A stretch of DNA of 64,000 nucleotides from an uncultured Candidatus Rokubacteria bacterium (GCA_963805625.1 CAWDVE010000010.1:1-64000), one strand, 5' to 3'; shown: positions 21,323-33,529, numbered from the stretch's first letter. Notes: generated by a model not told the origin, from the sequence alone. Translations and numbers: made by a program.

Positions 21323-21659
21323 GAAAATACCGTGCTATCATTCAAATCGTTAGCATGGTGCTGTATTAAAGATAATGCCCATAAAAAACGAAGCGGTTGC
21401 AGCGAACCTGTAAAATAAGGAACGGGGGACTATTCCAAAACCAATTATCCGGTTTTTTGTCCGGAAACAAAAATACCGGGCAAAGAATGTCATCTTCATT
21501 CATCTGGCACTGGATGATTGAAGTAACCGGAACTGGCAGCTGAGCACTCACCTCTCAACCGAGAAATCCTGATGCGGGTTATGTTGCGGAGCAGTATTTC
21601 CATTCGTGATCTATTTTCGTGCTGGCGTTACCTATCCGGAGAGGTGGCAGAATATGCTT

Positions 21660-22058
21660 TCAGGCTCCCGGCATAGTAACAATTTCCCAGCGTGAGATCT
21701 TCCAGAGATTCCCGATCAGCGTGTAACGGGCGGCCACCGGAAAGGACCCGTTCTTTTTGTTTCTTCCGAGGGTTGCGTCTTCTGTGCAGCGGTAGGTAAT
21801 CACCGCGATATCGTTCCCGGTCCGCTGGACATGCGGATCATCTATGCTGAAGGAATGCAGGGTGAACAGGGGGAGTATCCTGGTCAGTATATCTTCCCGT
21901 TTGAACCGACCGAAAAGGTTGATCTCGTAATAATCCGGTGCGAGGAGTGATTCCAGTGCCCGGACGTCTTTTCGAAACAATGCATCAGCCCGTGCATGTT
22001 CAGAGGCTACAAGTATCTTCAGAAGCCCGGAATCGTCATATGGTGGTGTCTCTGTCAT
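21660..22058 (-). CDS. NTF2-like (DUF4440) protein
   Basis: KDVRALESLLAPDY...WKI pattern typical of SnoaL/DUF4440; about 132 aa. Confidence 0.75.
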   Translation of the reverse strand: MTETPPYDDSGLLKILVASEHARADALFRKDVRALESLLAPDYYEINLFGRFKREDILTRILPLFTLHSFSIDDPHVQRTGNDIAVITYRCTEDATLGRNKKNGSFPVAARYTLIGNLWKISRWEIVTMPGA

Positions 22059-22270
22059 AGGAATTGACCATCCTTCACGCAATGATTGTCCGGTACCGGT
22101 ATTTTAATAGCTCCATACCGGTCTCCGGATCAGGTCCCGGAGAGTTCTGGAAGAGGCGCGATTTTTCATTCGTTTCGGATTATACCGACAAGAAGGGATC
22201 AAAAATCTTTTTCGGATCTGTCTTTCAGGAAAGAAGATGTCCCGGTCGTACCGGAGGCCTGTATCGTACC

Positions 22271-23729
22271 TTATTTGAGGGCTTCCTGCAGGGATTTCGG
22301 AAGATGGAGGGTAAACGTGCTCCCGGTATGTAATCTGCTTTCTACGGTAATATCTCCCCCGTGCATCTGCATAATCTTCTTTGCCATGGACAAAGAGAGC
22401 CCGATTCGGTCAAATCTGCGGGAAAGTTTTGCTGCATCCGCAAGCTGGAATGGCTCAAAGATGGACGACAATGCATTTTCGGAAATCCCGGTCCCGTTGT
22501 CCCTGACAGAAATATGATGAAATATATCCCCGGCATCCGAACGGTAAAAAACAGAAATTTTTCGGGGTGGCTCAGAGAAGTTTACCGCATTTGAAAGAAG
22601 GGAATCAAATACGCCGAAGAGCCGGTCCATATCTCCGGTTATTACGAGATTTATCGGGATATCGGTAATTATCTCTGCTTTTTTCCGGTACTCACCGGAA
22701 TCCAGCACGCTGTTGACGAGCTGGACTAGGGAAAATGTTGAGTGGTTCAGGTGGAGTTTCCCGCTGTCAAGTACGGAGAGCTCCAGCATCTGGTTAATGA
22801 TCTGACGTTCCCGGTCAACACTTGCGAGGCAGCGTTCAAGAATCCTTTTCGTATCCTCAGGAATACCAAATCCTTCAGGATCCTGAATGAGCAGGTTGAG
22901 GTATCCGAGAATCGGCTGGAGCGGCGTGCGCAGTTCGTGGGCGACCGTAACAATAATCCCCCTGCGTCGTTCATTGTCGAGCCGTATTTTTTCTTCAAGC
23001 AATTGTCTTTCAGAAATATCGACAACATTGATCAGGGTTGCCTTTTTACCGGAATGAACGACCGGCAGGGTAAAGAGTAATGCCAGCCGTTTATTCCCAT
23101 ATTTTGTCACGAAGTGAAACTCGCACCGGACTGCTTCTGAAGTCTCCTTCAGTCCGTGTTCGGCAAATTCTTTAACATCATCCGGATCCGTATTGTCAAC
23201 AAGAGACAAGAGATCTCTTCCGTGAATTTCATCAGGCAGGTACTTTGAAAATTCTGAAAAAGCAGGGTTTGCATACTGAATTATTCCGTTTCTTACGATG
23301 AGAATACCGGTGGGCAGGTTTTCGGTGAGGTGTTTGTAGTGCACAAGGTCATCGTCAACCGGCCTTATTGATATCTTACGCCGACTGATACCGGCTGCTG
23401 TACAAACCACGGTCATATCGTCAACAGCATTCCAGGAAAGATCCACCTCGCGATCGTTTCCCTCTTTTGTTTCAAGAAGAGTTTTAAAACCGGTAATTTC
23501 TGGTTCCTGTCCAATCAGTGTTAAAAATCTTTTCTTTTCTTTCTGATCGGAAAGAAGTGAAGTAAAAAACCTTCCGCGCAGTTCTCCCGGGTGTGTAATT
23601 GAGGAGGGTTGAGAATGCAGCATTGAGTTCTCGTATCGTGAAATCTCTTTTGTCAAAAAGAATGATCCCGTTGGGTGAATTCTCAAATATCGCTCGGTAC
23701 CATGCCTCACCGGTCCCCATCCTCACCAT
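22271..23729 (-). CDS. PAS-PAS histidine kinase (frameshift near 23590)
   Basis: N-terminus WYRAIFENSPNGI (ORF 23484-23729) joins AHELRTPL, NAVNF, DNGTGI, GLSLS. Confidence 0.88.
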
Positions 23730-23837
23730 CTATCTACGCAATTTGAATCTTCTGTTATTTTAAGATGCAGGAACCTTTTTCATACCAGATCCGGCATCCG
23801 GATTGATGAAATTACCGTGAAAAGGAGCAGGATAATT

Positions 23838-24293
23838 GGCTCTGCTGAAACCCTATAATTTCAACAAATTGGAAATCACCTGTTATCAGAGGGGATGGTG
23901 CCTGTCCCCGGAACCGCTCCTGCATTTTGCGATGGTGTTGTTTTACATTCTCATGACTAGTTCGGGGATGACACAACGGGGGTGGAGGCATTACGTGCCC
24001 GAGCTCAAAAAAGAGCGTTGAGAAAAAATGGTGAAGGATTTCCAATGAAAATACCACAATTCCTTGGAATATCCGTAAGTGCTCATCCTGTTAATTGCGA
24101 TGAACCTTGCGCCGCCCCCGAAGGGACGCCCCCGCGGCGGATCGGTGTCTGTACAGTATATTTTGCAAACACCGCACTGCCCCGCCGTGCCTCGGAGAGG
24201 CCCTGAGGCGGGGGATCCTCCTGAAATTGCATGGTTTAATGATTTTCATAGTTCGGGTGTGAACTCTTTGTTCATGCTCGTTTCAACAAGAGC
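23838..24293 (+). mobile_element. MITE-like full-length copy of the modular repeat, locus 4 (about 456 bp, terminal inverted repeats)
   Basis: GGCTCTGCTGAAAC at 23838 and GTTTCAACAAGAGC at 24280-24293 flank inverted module B plus module A; no credible ORF inside. Confidence 0.75.
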
Positions 24294-24386
24294 AGGACCA
24301 ATCTTTAATTTCCGATGGTTGTCATCGGGTTGAAATTGATAAAAGAACCGTGGGGTTGAAATAACAGGCAGGTAAAAACGTATGAT

Positions 24387-25089
24387 ATGCGCCCATATGT
24401 TATTGTTAACGTCGCAATGAGCGCTGATGGCAAGATTTCCACCCGCGAACGCCGGCAGGTCAGAATATCGGGCAGGCAGGATTTTATCCGTGTTGACCGG
24501 CTCAAAGCCGGGTGTGACGCTGTCATGGTAGGTATTGGCACCGTCCTTGCCGATGATCCTTCACTCACGGTAAAATCGGAAGAATGCCTCACATACCGCA
24601 GGAAACAAGGCTGGGATGATCATCCGGTCCGCATTGTCGTAGACAGTTCAGCCCGCATTCCCCCGGAAGCATCAGTCCTGCACAAGGGTGAAGGAAGACG
24701 GGTGATCGCAGTATCCGGGAAGGCAGAAAGTGCGAAGATTGCGGTCCTGAAAAAGAAAGCCACGGTGCTTGTGTGCGGTGAAGGTGAAGTAGATCTTCCT
24801 GAACTTATGGACGAGCTTGGATTCAATGGGTATTCAGCGTCTCATGGTGGAAGGGGGCGGGACATTGATCGCCGGGTTGATCAGGGCCGGTCTTGTTCAC
24901 GAGATCAATACGTATATTGGCAACATCCTCATCGGGGGAAAAGAGGCTCCCACCTTCAGTGACGGGGAAGGGTTTATCGACGAGTCGTCGTTTCCCCGGC
25001 TGTCTCTCCTGGAAGCACGCCGGATCGAAGATGGCATTCTCCTGCGCTGGAAAGTAAAGGCTCCTGATCAGCATAAAGAAATACAGTAA
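24387..25089 (+). CDS. arfC: 2,5-diamino-6-ribosylamino-4(3H)-pyrimidinone 5'-phosphate reductase (frameshift near 24818)
   Basis: RPYVIVNVAMSADGKI, VMVGIGTVLADDPSL, LMVEGGGTL; riboflavin/F420 precursor pathway. Confidence 0.88.
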
Positions 25090-25223
25090 CCGGGTCGAGA
25101 GTATCGCTTTGAAGAGATTTTTGCATAAGCGTGAGAATGCCAAGCCTCATCTCCCATAACTAAAAACATTCTCCTACGTATATTCCGGTCATCGTTCTTG
25201 CTGCAGTTTTCCTGCTGACTGCT

Positions 25224-26414
25224 GTGCGCCAGGTAGGCAGGTTCAATCTCAGGATCTGGCAGATCATGCTTGGAGGAGCCGTCGTCGTCCTTATCAGCGG
25301 GCAGATCTCCATCCCTGATGCACTGGGAGCGATCAATACCGATGTTATGCTTTTTTTATTTGGCATGTTTATTGTGGGTGAGGCCATGGTGGAAAGCGGC
25401 TACCTGTCCCTGCTTTCGTGCCGCTTCTTTTCTCACGCCCGGACGCCGGACCAGTTGATTTTTTTCATTCTTTTCGGCATGGGATTGTTTTCAGCAGTCC
25501 TCATGAACGATACCCTGGCCATCATTGGCACACCCCTGGTCCTCTCCCTTGCCACCAGGTTCCGGATCTCACCAAAACTGATGCTTCTTTCCCTTGCAAT
25601 AGCAGTCACAACCGGCAGTGTGATGAGTCCTATCGGTAACCCGCAGAACCTCCTCATTGCGGTAAACAGCGGGATGGGAACCCCGTTTGTCACCTTTGGG
25701 TTATACCTTCTCGTACCCACGCTCATCAGCCTTGGTCTTGCATATGTCCTCCTCCGGTTATTTTTCCGGAAGGAATTTTCCGCCCGTCCCATTGTGCAGG
25801 ACACCGTTCAGAGCGTTGAACATACCACCATTCTTCCGGTACAATGCTCGCTTGCAATCATTCTGATCCTTGCTGCTGCCAATATTACGGCATCCTTTTT
25901 TGGAGGAAAAATTCTTGTACCCCTCCCGTTTATTGCCCTGTGCGCCGCAATACCCGTCCTGCTGGTCGGTAAGAATCCGGGGAGGCTCATTAAAAATATT
26001 GACTGGCCCACTCTCGTTTTTTTTGCTTCCATGTTTGTCCTGATGGAGAGCGTCTGGCAAACAGGATTTTTCCAGGCGTTTGTTGACCGGAGTATGGTTA
26101 CTTCCCTGCCAATGATTCTCATGACCAGTGCTGTCATCAGCCAGTTCATCTCCAATGTGCCGTTTGTCGCGCTGTTCCAGCCGATGATTCTCCAGGCAGG
26201 AGGCACTTCCGCCCAGCTCATGGCACTTGCGGCAGGGAGTACAATCGCCGGCAACCTGACAATCCTGGGGGCCGCAAGTACCGTGATCATCATCCAGAAT
26301 GCAGAAAAGCAGGGTCAGACGCTTACATTCTTCGAGTTTGCAAAGATCGGGATACCCCTGACCACCCTGCAGCTTTCGGTGTACTGGGCATGGCTGTCCT
26401 TCCTGCCATTTTAG
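25224..26414 (+). CDS. ArsB/NhaD/SLC13-family anion permease
   Basis: LMNDT, GSVMSPIGNPQN, ISNVP, STIAGNLTILGAAS; the true start is probably slightly upstream. Confidence 0.88.
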   Translation: MRQVGRFNLRIWQIMLGGAVVVLISGQISIPDALGAINTDVMLFLFGMFIVGEAMVESGYLSLLSCRFFSHARTPDQLIFFILFGMGLFSAVLMNDTLAIIGTPLVLSLATRFRISPKLMLLSLAIAVTTGSVMSPIGNPQNLLIAVNSGMGTPFVTFGLYLLVPTLISLGLAYVLLRLFFRKEFSARPIVQDTVQSVEHTTILPVQCSLAIILILAAANITASFFGGKILVPLPFIALCAAIPVLLVGKNPGRLIKNIDWPTLVFFASMFVLMESVWQTGFFQAFVDRSMVTSLPMILMTSAVISQFISNVPFVALFQPMILQAGGTSAQLMALAAGSTIAGNLTILGAASTVIIIQNAEKQGQTLTFFEFAKIGIPLTTLQLSVYWAWLSFLPF

Positions 26415-26536
26415 GACGCAGCTGGCGCAATATTCTTTTTGTAAGGCACGGGGCACTTTTGATTTGGTGACCAGTCAGAAAGAGGAAATCAATAATACTC
26501 TTCCCATCAACAACTGCACAAGGGAGAGCCACGATT

Positions 26537-26902
26537 ATGGCAGAATACATCCAGGAAAACCCGGACAAACCCGATAAAAAACGTGAAGACCTCAAAGGAA
26601 AAGTCCTGCAGCTGAAGGATCTTGTAAACTATAATGAGGGCACCGTTGCCAGCCGGATGATAATCAACCGGAAGGCGGGAAGTATCACCATTTTTTCCTT
26701 TGATGAAAACGAAGGGCTCTCGGAACATACCGCCCCGTTTGATGCGGTGGTTACCATTCTTGATGGAGAATGCGAGGTCTGGGTTTCGGGTCGGACATCG
26801 CAGATGAAGGAAGGGGAGACCATAATCTTCCCGGCCAATGTTCCCCATGCCTTATCCGCGATCACAAAGTTCAAGATGTCGCTTACCATGATCAGGGAGT
26901 GA
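26537..26902 (+). CDS. Cupin domain protein
   Basis: FSFDENEGLSEHTAPFDA...FPANVPHAL. Confidence 0.9.
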   Translation: MAEYIQENPDKPDKKREDLKGKVLQLKDLVNYNEGTVASRMIINRKAGSITIFSFDENEGLSEHTAPFDAVVTILDGECEVWVSGRTSQMKEGETIIFPANVPHALSAITKFKMSLTMIRE

Positions 26903-26907
26903 ACGCC

Positions 26908-27186
26908 ATGGGAGGGGATGACAAGGACGGGTATTACTGTTCGATCTGCGGGGGGATTCCCCCGGACAAGATCACCACAAAACGGGTGCTTATTGACGGC
27001 AAAGAAACGGGAATCGATCACCTTGACTGGATTTTCGAAGAAGTGACTAAGCTCAAACCACCGGATGATGCTGCACTTACCGAAGAGCTCATGAAAAGGG
27101 TCAGGGAATTTAATTACGTGCCGACAAAAAAAAGCGATGTGTATGCGGCGGCCCTCCTTGCCGAATACAAAAAACAGCGGATCTGA
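26908..27186 (+). CDS. Small CxxC-containing hypothetical protein
   Basis: MGGDDKDGYYCSICGG...IDGKETGI...NYVP; GGAGTGA RBS overlapping the cupin stop. Confidence 0.75.
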   Translation: MGGDDKDGYYCSICGGIPPDKITTKRVLIDGKETGIDHLDWIFEEVTKLKPPDDAALTEELMKRVREFNYVPTKKSDVYAAALLAEYKKQRI

Positions 27187-27451
27187 GTCAGGGATCGCCG
27201 GTGTTTTTTTCAGGGAACTGATCAGGTAACATACAAGGAATTCTTTGGTGAGAATATCCCCCTTCTACCAGAATTTCCCCATCCTGGTTTTGTAGTGATA
27301 AAAGAACATGCGAGCCGGAAAACGGGCAGAAAAGAAGAAGCACTCCTTTTTCCACCTTTACGACAGGTGCGGCAATAATTGTAATGCTGGTATTGATACC
27401 CTTTTATCTATCCTGCTCCCACGTTCAGCATAGAATACAAAGGAGCAAAAC

Positions 27452-27791
27452 ATGAAAATAACCGCTGTTAACGATGTTGTGTCCGGTCCAAATCCTCACC
27501 ATGTGGACGCACGAAAAATTTACGAGTACTCCGCATGCGATCGCCGTTGTTATTACCCTGAAACCCGGTGAAGCACTTAAAAAACATATCACCCCTGTCG
27601 ATGTCTTCTTCTATGTGCTTGAGGGATCCGGTGTTGTCGAAATCGGCGATGAGAAGCAGACCGTCGGAAAAGATATGCTTGTCGAAAGTCCTGCCAGGAT
27701 CCCGCACCGCTGGAGTAACGAGAGTTCCTCGGTCTTCAGGGTCCTGGTCGTAAAGGTACCAAAACCAACTGAAGAGACAAAACTGCTCTGA
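27452..27791 (+). CDS. Cupin domain protein (frameshift near 27525)
   Basis: AGGAG RBS, MKITAVNDVVSGPNPHHVDARKIY joins LKPGEALKKHITPVDVFFYVLEGSG...IPHRW. Confidence 0.82.
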
Positions 27792-27818
27792 TGCACAATT
27801 ACCCCTGCGGAGGATCCT

Positions 27819-30251
27819 ATGGCAGAACCGGAAAAAAAGAAAGCTGAATTAAAAATTTCTGGCATGCACTGCGCGACCTGTGCCGTGAATATCGAAGAGG
27901 CAATTTCCCAGATTAAGGATGTTTCAAAGGTACAGGTAAATTTTGGTACCGATACAGCCCATGTTGAGTTCGATCCCACAAAAGTCCCGCTGACAGAACT
28001 GGAAAAAGCAGTCAGGACGGTGGGATATGATGTGGTGAACCGTGAAGTCACCCTCAAAATCGGGGGGATGGTCTGTGCTACCTGTGTCCAGACCATCGAG
28101 GCAGCACTCCGGGCACTTCCCGGTATCCTGTCTGCAAACGTAAACCTTGGCACAGAAAAGGCCTATGTTGTTTACAATCCGTCGGTGTCTGCAGTCCCTG
28201 ATATGAAAAAAGCCATCGAGGATGCAGGCTACCAATACCTGGGAATTGCCGGGGAGGTAAGTGATGAAGCTGAGAAGGCAGCACGGGAAAAAGATCTTCA
28301 CGATAAATTTCTCAGGTTCACCGTCGGTTTTGCCGTGAGCATCCCGCTCATGCTTGCCATGTGGGTACCTCTCCCCCTGCCCATGCACACCCTCGCCTAC
28401 GTGATGCTGGTCATCGCATCACCGGTTTTTCTCTATGTTGCTTACCCCATCTTTCGTGCCGCATCCATGGCGCTGCGCAACCGTTCTCTCAACATGGACG
28501 TGATGTATGCGATGGGTACCGGTGTTGCGTTCGTTTCGAGTGTCATGGGGACCTTTGGCATCATCCTCACCCATGAATTCATGTTCTATGATACCGCCAT
28601 CATGCTTGCCGCCTTCCTCATGCTCGGGCGATATCTCGAAGCACGGGCGAAAGGAAGAACATCAGAAGCGATCAAAAAACTTGCCGGGCTCCGTGCAAAG
28701 ACTGCTCTGGTTATCCGTGGGGGAAAGGAAGAGGAAATCCCGATCGAAGATGTGGTCATCGGTGATGTCGTTATCGTAAAACCCGGGGGGAAGGTCCCGG
28801 TTGACGGCGAGGTTGTGGCCGGTGAAAGTTATGTTGACGAGTCGATGATCACCGGTGAGCCGATTCCGCCCCTCAAAGCCAGGGGCAGCCGGGTGGTCGG
28901 TGGCACACTCAACACAAACAGCGTGCTGTCGGTGAAAGCCACAAAAGTTGGCCGGGAAACGGTACTTGCCCAGATCATCCAGCTTGTAGAGGACGCACAG
29001 GGCTCAAAACCGCCCGTCCAGCGAATCGCTGATACTGCAGTGGTTTACTTTATTCCGGCGGTGCTTGTGATAGCGATAACCGCCTTTCTCGTATGGTTCT
29101 TACTCCTTCAATCCACCCTGCTGTTTGCCCTGACGGCATTGATCTCTGTACTCGTTGTCGCCTGTCCCTGTGCTCTGGGGCTTGCAACCCCGACAGCGGT
29201 GACAGTTGGTGTCGGAAGAGGTGCTGAGCTGGGCATCCTGATCAAAAATGGCGAAGCTCTTGAAGTTGCCGAAAAAGTTACGACTATTGTTTTTGACAAG
29301 ACCGGAACACTGACGAAAGGTAAACCGGAAGTGACAGATATTCTCCCGGCAGGTATTTCCGAACAGACCCTTATGGGATTTGCCGCAGGTGTCGAGAAGA
29401 ACTCACAGCATCCCCTCGGCCTCGCAGTTATACGCAAAGCCCAAAGTATGGGGATTACCATTGAACCAGCTGATCAATTTGACACCTTTGGCGGCAAAGG
29501 AGTCAGTGCGGTGGTGCTTGGAGAAACGGTTCTGGTGGGTAACCGCACCCTTATGCAGGAAAAGGGAGTCCTGGTTCCGGAAGAGACTGAAGCCAGGATC
29601 GCTGCTTTTGAGCAGGATGGTAAAACTGCAATTCTTGTCGCTGCGGGTAATCAGATGGCCGGAGTGATTGCCATCGCAGATACCCTCAAGGAGACCTCTG
29701 CCGAATCTGTACGACAGCTGAAAGCAATGGGGATTCAGGTCGTCATGATCACCGGTGACAATAAACGGACTGCGGATGCAATTGCCCGTCAGGTCGGGAT
29801 CGAAAAGGTAGTTGCCGAAGTCCTCCCGCAGGACAAAGCTTCTGAAGTAAAAGCTCTCCAGGAAAAAGGCGAGATCGTCGCGTTTGTGGGTGATGGAATT
29901 AATGATGCACCCGCACTTGCCCAGGCAGATGTGGGGATTGCTATCGGCAGCGGAACTGACGTGGCGATTGAAAGCGGGGACATCGTCCTGATCAAAGACG
30001 ACCTCCTTGACTCGGTTGCGGCTATCCAGCTCTCAAAAAAAGTGATGGGGAGGATCAAGGGCAATATCTTCTGGGCATTTGCCTATAATACCGCCCTCAT
30101 TCCGGTCGGGGCGGGACTGCTCTATCCATTCTTTGGATTTACGTTCAGACCAGAACTTGCCGCTCTCGCAATGGCACTCAGCTCGGTTACCGTTGTCAGC
30201 CTCTCCCTGCTGCTCAAAACATATATACCAGAAGCAAAGAAAGGGAGATAA
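27819..30251 (+). CDS. copA: Cu(I)-translocating P1B-type ATPase
   Basis: Two GMxCATC HMA domains, [28 protein letters not shown] and MALSS motifs. Confidence 0.96.
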   Translation: MAEPEKKKAELKISGMHCATCAVNIEEAISQIKDVSKVQVNFGTDTAHVEFDPTKVPLTELEKAVRTVGYDVVNREVTLKIGGMVCATCVQTIEAALRALPGILSANVNLGTEKAYVVYNPSVSAVPDMKKAIEDAGYQYLGIAGEVSDEAEKAAREKDLHDKFLRFTVGFAVSIPLMLAMWVPLPLPMHTLAYVMLVIASPVFLYVAYPIFRAASMALRNRSLNMDVMYAMGTGVAFVSSVMGTFGIILTHEFMFYDTAIMLAAFLMLGRYLEARAKGRTSEAIKKLAGLRAKTALVIRGGKEEEIPIEDVVIGDVVIVKPGGKVPVDGEVVAGESYVDESMITGEPIPPLKARGSRVVGGTLNTNSVLSVKATKVGRETVLAQIIQLVEDAQGSKPPVQRIADTAVVYFIPAVLVIAITAFLVWFLLLQSTLLFALTALISVLVVACPCALGLATPTAVTVGVGRGAELGILIKNGEALEVAEKVTTIVFDKTGTLTKGKPEVTDILPAGISEQTLMGFAAGVEKNSQHPLGLAVIRKAQSMGITIEPADQFDTFGGKGVSAVVLGETVLVGNRTLMQEKGVLVPEETEARIAAFEQDGKTAILVAAGNQMAGVIAIADTLKETSAESVRQLKAMGIQVVMITGDNKRTADAIARQVGIEKVVAEVLPQDKASEVKALQEKGEIVAFVGDGINDAPALAQADVGIAIGSGTDVAIESGDIVLIKDDLLDSVAAIQLSKKVMGRIKGNIFWAFAYNTALIPVGAGLLYPFFGFTFRPELAALAMALSSVTVVSLSLLLKTYIPEAKKGR

Positions 30252-30265
30252 CGGAGGTAAGAAAG

Positions 30266-30406
30266 ATGGCAATTGACCCGATCTGCAAGATGACCGTTGA
30301 TGAAAAAACAGCGAAGTTCACCAGCGAGTATAAAGGCAAAAAATACTATTTCTGTGCCCCGGGCTGTAAAAAGAAATTTGATACTGCTCCCGAGAAGTAT
30401 GTGTAA
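30266..30406 (+). CDS. YHS/TRASH-domain copper-chaperone-like protein (46 aa)
   Basis: Hand-translated MAIDPICKMTVDEKTAKFTSEYKGKKYYFCAPGCKKKFDTAPEKYV*; GGAGGT RBS. Confidence 0.92.
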   Translation: MAIDPICKMTVDEKTAKFTSEYKGKKYYFCAPGCKKKFDTAPEKYV

Positions 30407-30652
30407 ATAAGCCGTGTGGATTCTGCCACGGTTGCGGATTCCATCAAAATCTTTATTTTTTCTGGATTTTTGGTACGGGGATTCGGAAGAAAACATGACC
30501 ATGGTTAGTATCCCGTCATAATCCTGATTCAGGTATGATGCAGGATTGGATCTGGTGCTCAATTGTTCCGCTGTTTTTTTTATTTTCAGGGAATTATACG
30601 AAAGCATTATTAAAGAAAAAACCAATCATCGATTAAACCAGAGGTTTTTGAT

Positions 30653-31141
30653 ATGATTTCCAAGACTATGGAACAAGCCCTGAACAAGCAGGTTAACCGT
30701 GAACTCTATTCTGCCTACCTGTACCTGTCGATGTCCGCTTACTTTGAGAATACCACCCTGAAGGGATTTGCCCACTGGTTGCGGGTGCAGGCGAAGGAAG
30801 AACAGGGCCACGCGTTAAAGTTGTATGACTTTCTGAACGAGAGGAACGGCAGGGTTACGCTCCTCGATATCGAAGCCCCTAAGGCAAAATGGTCCTCGGC
30901 CGGGAAGGTGTTTGAGGAAGTGTATGCCCATGAACAGAAGGTCACTGACATGATTAACGGGCTTGTTGATCTCGCGGTAAAGGAAAAAGACCACGCATCC
31001 TTCGAGATGCTCCAGTGGTTTGTCAAGGAACAGGTCGAGGAGGAGAAGAATGCAAGCGATATTCTTGCTGAAATAATCTGCGTCGGGGATCATCCCGGTC
31101 ACCTCTTCTGTCTTGACCACAAACTGGGAAAACGGGAATAA
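30653..31141 (+). CDS. ftnA: Ferritin
   Basis: QVNRELYSAYLYLSM, EEQGHA, HEQKVT, WFVKEQVEEE. Confidence 0.95.
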   Translation: MISKTMEQALNKQVNRELYSAYLYLSMSAYFENTTLKGFAHWLRVQAKEEQGHALKLYDFLNERNGRVTLLDIEAPKAKWSSAGKVFEEVYAHEQKVTDMINGLVDLAVKEKDHASFEMLQWFVKEQVEEEKNASDILAEIICVGDHPGHLFCLDHKLGKRE

Positions 31142-31188
31142 ATCCCAATCTTTTTATTTTTTTGCATCATTCATTCCGTAAGGTTACT

Positions 31189-32565
31189 ATGCTGTCTGTT
31201 CTTGTTATTGATGACCAGAAACCAATGCTTGAGGTTATCCGTCTTTTTCTTGAACGTTTCGGTAATATGAACGTGAAGGCAGCCCTTTCTGCCAAGGAAG
31301 CACTTGAAATTCTGATGAGCAGTTCTTTCGATGCAATGGTTGTTGATTATGACCTGCCGGAGATAAACGGTATTGAATTCTTAAAAATGCTCCGTGCAAG
31401 GGGGGATACGACACCCGTAATTATTTTCACCGGTGTAGGCCGGGAATATGCAGCAATTCAGGCACTTAATAACGGTGCAGACTTTTTCTTAAAGAAAGGC
31501 GATGATGCCCAGTCCCAGCTTCTCGAGATGGTTCATATGATCCGACAGGCTGTTGACCGCAGAAACCTCGGGAGAGGACCGGGAACGACCCAGAAGGTGC
31601 TTTCAGATGCGCTCAATTTCTTCCATCAGGCAGCATATGTCATCGATCGTGAAGGCAAAGTGATGGTATGGAACAAGGGAATGGAAAAGATGACCGGGAT
31701 TGCAGAACAGGATATCCTTGGCAAAGGAGACTGGGATTATTCAATTCCGTTTTTTGGGCACAGGGCACCCATGCTCAGCGATCTCATCTTCCAGGACGAT
31801 GCGACCATTACGGAAAATAACTATACCATTATAGAAAAAGAGAAGGGCACGATTGCTGCATGGATCAAGGCGATCCCGGAGGAAGGTCGCCAGATTATTT
31901 TATGGATGAAGTCCACTGCTCTCTATGACAGCAAAGGGATGTTCATCGGAGTGATGGGAAAAATCCGGGACATTACTGAAGAGATGGGTCCTGAACTGTT
32001 AAACAAAACCAATGCTGTTATAGCAGGTGCGCTACCTTCAGAATCTGCACCACCTTCGACGGTAGGCATGTTTGATAAGATACTGGGAAAAGCAAAGGTG
32101 AGCTACAAGGAGGGACTGAGGTTATCTTTCCGGGAAGGGAAACACGCTGAAGCGATCCCCTTTTTCGACCAGGCAATTGACATCGATCCCTCACTAGCTT
32201 ATATCTGGCATGACCGGGGTGTCTGTTACCGGGAGCTCGGGAAGGATACCGAGGCCCTCCGCAATTTTGACAAGGCCGTGGAACTTTCACCGGATGATGA
32301 GGAGTTTTTGTTTTCCCGCGGTGAGCTTCTCAAAAAGATCGCGATCCTGCGACAGCGGCGCGACCTCCTTGAATCAGCGATCCAGGCCCTGAACCGGGTA
32401 GTGGAACTGAATCCGAACCAGGCAGAAGCCTGGAACAGCCTGGGGGTCCTTTCAAAGGAACTTGGAAAAGAGTTGTTATCACGCCAGTATTATGAAAAGG
32501 CCAGGGAATTGATCAGACTGGGAAGAAACCGGAAAAAAACCCGGAATCCGGAACTGCTGGTATAA
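31189..32565 (+). CDS. REC-PAS-TPR response regulator
   Basis: VLVIDD...VVDYDLPEING...FTG...GADFFLKK, a PAS domain, C-terminal TPRs. Confidence 0.9.
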   Translation: MLSVLVIDDQKPMLEVIRLFLERFGNMNVKAALSAKEALEILMSSSFDAMVVDYDLPEINGIEFLKMLRARGDTTPVIIFTGVGREYAAIQALNNGADFFLKKGDDAQSQLLEMVHMIRQAVDRRNLGRGPGTTQKVLSDALNFFHQAAYVIDREGKVMVWNKGMEKMTGIAEQDILGKGDWDYSIPFFGHRAPMLSDLIFQDDATITENNYTIIEKEKGTIAAWIKAIPEEGRQIILWMKSTALYDSKGMFIGVMGKIRDITEEMGPELLNKTNAVIAGALPSESAPPSTVGMFDKILGKAKVSYKEGLRLSFREGKHAEAIPFFDQAIDIDPSLAYIWHDRGVCYRELGKDTEALRNFDKAVELSPDDEEFLFSRGELLKKIAILRQRRDLLESAIQALNRVVELNPNQAEAWNSLGVLSKELGKELLSRQYYEKARELIRLGRNRKKTRNPELLV

Positions 32566-32804
32566 CCGATAAACCTACCTGTAAATATCCTTTTATAAAT
32601 AACCGGTATATGAAACCGACCTTGCCCTGATGTGAAGGTATCGACTGTCTCCCATTTGGGCAGCCCGCATTGTTCCTGATATCGGCATCTTTGTATCAGT
32701 ATCTGTCTGCCATAAGTTACGATCCCGTGAATTTGCGGCAGGGTTTTTATGTATTCATTATTTTTCAACCCATTACGGAAAAATTGATAAATTTATGGCT
32801 CCGT

Positions 32805-33245
32805 GGAAATCCTACACTATATTTTCTCAACACTCTTTTATGGGCTGTGGCACGTAATGCTTCCGCCCCCGCCGCTGTGGCACCCCCCTAGAGCAATTAC
32901 TCCAGAGAAGGTAATACAACATCATCGCAAAGCGCAGGGGCGGTTCGGGGGGACAGGCACTGTCCCCTCCGTAAATAGGTACTTTGCAATTCGTTGAAAA
33001 CTTAGAGTTTCCCATCGAAAGATTGCCAGCCAGATGGCCAGGTTTAAATACTTCGATCGGGAAGTGCCAATCCCGCAATTGCGATGACCTGCGCCGCCCC
33101 CGAAGGGACGCCCCCGCGGCGCTTCAATGTGCCTGAAAACTCCACCCTGGCCTCTCAAGAGCCTGTTACGGATGCCAGTCGTACCTTCACACTTTTTCAT
33201 GGTTGGGTGAGACCCATTCCCGTTCATGCCCGTTTCTACAGAGCC
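32805..33245 (+). repeat. Modular intergenic repeat, locus 5 (module B then variant module A)
   Basis: GGGGGACAGGCACTGTCCCC, GCCGCCCCCGAAGGGACGCCCCCGCGGC; ends GTTTCTACAGAGCC at 33232-33245. Confidence 0.88.
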
Positions 33246-33529
33246 AAATTATGTTTGCGAAAGTGATGATAAACAGCACGTGGAGTCGGTACCAGAAACT
33301 TTGATTTGATCAATTTGCAAAAAATGAGTGTTTTTTTCAGTTTCAGCATATATTTTATGAAAAAATAAGAGAGAAATAGAGTGCAATCCTGAGTTCAAAC
33401 CGCAAAGCTTAAAAGAGGATGGAAAGCAAGCGCTTATTAGCGAATGAGTATTAAATCATGTAGGTTGAGATCATCTCAAACCGTGTTTGTTCAGATCGAA
33501 GAATATGCAGTTTATTTGGAGTTTTATTC

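Noticed and set aside
12415-23729. Integrative element or provirus at tRNA-Phe
   Set aside because: No integrase and no duplicated tRNA 3' end (attR) found in the window.
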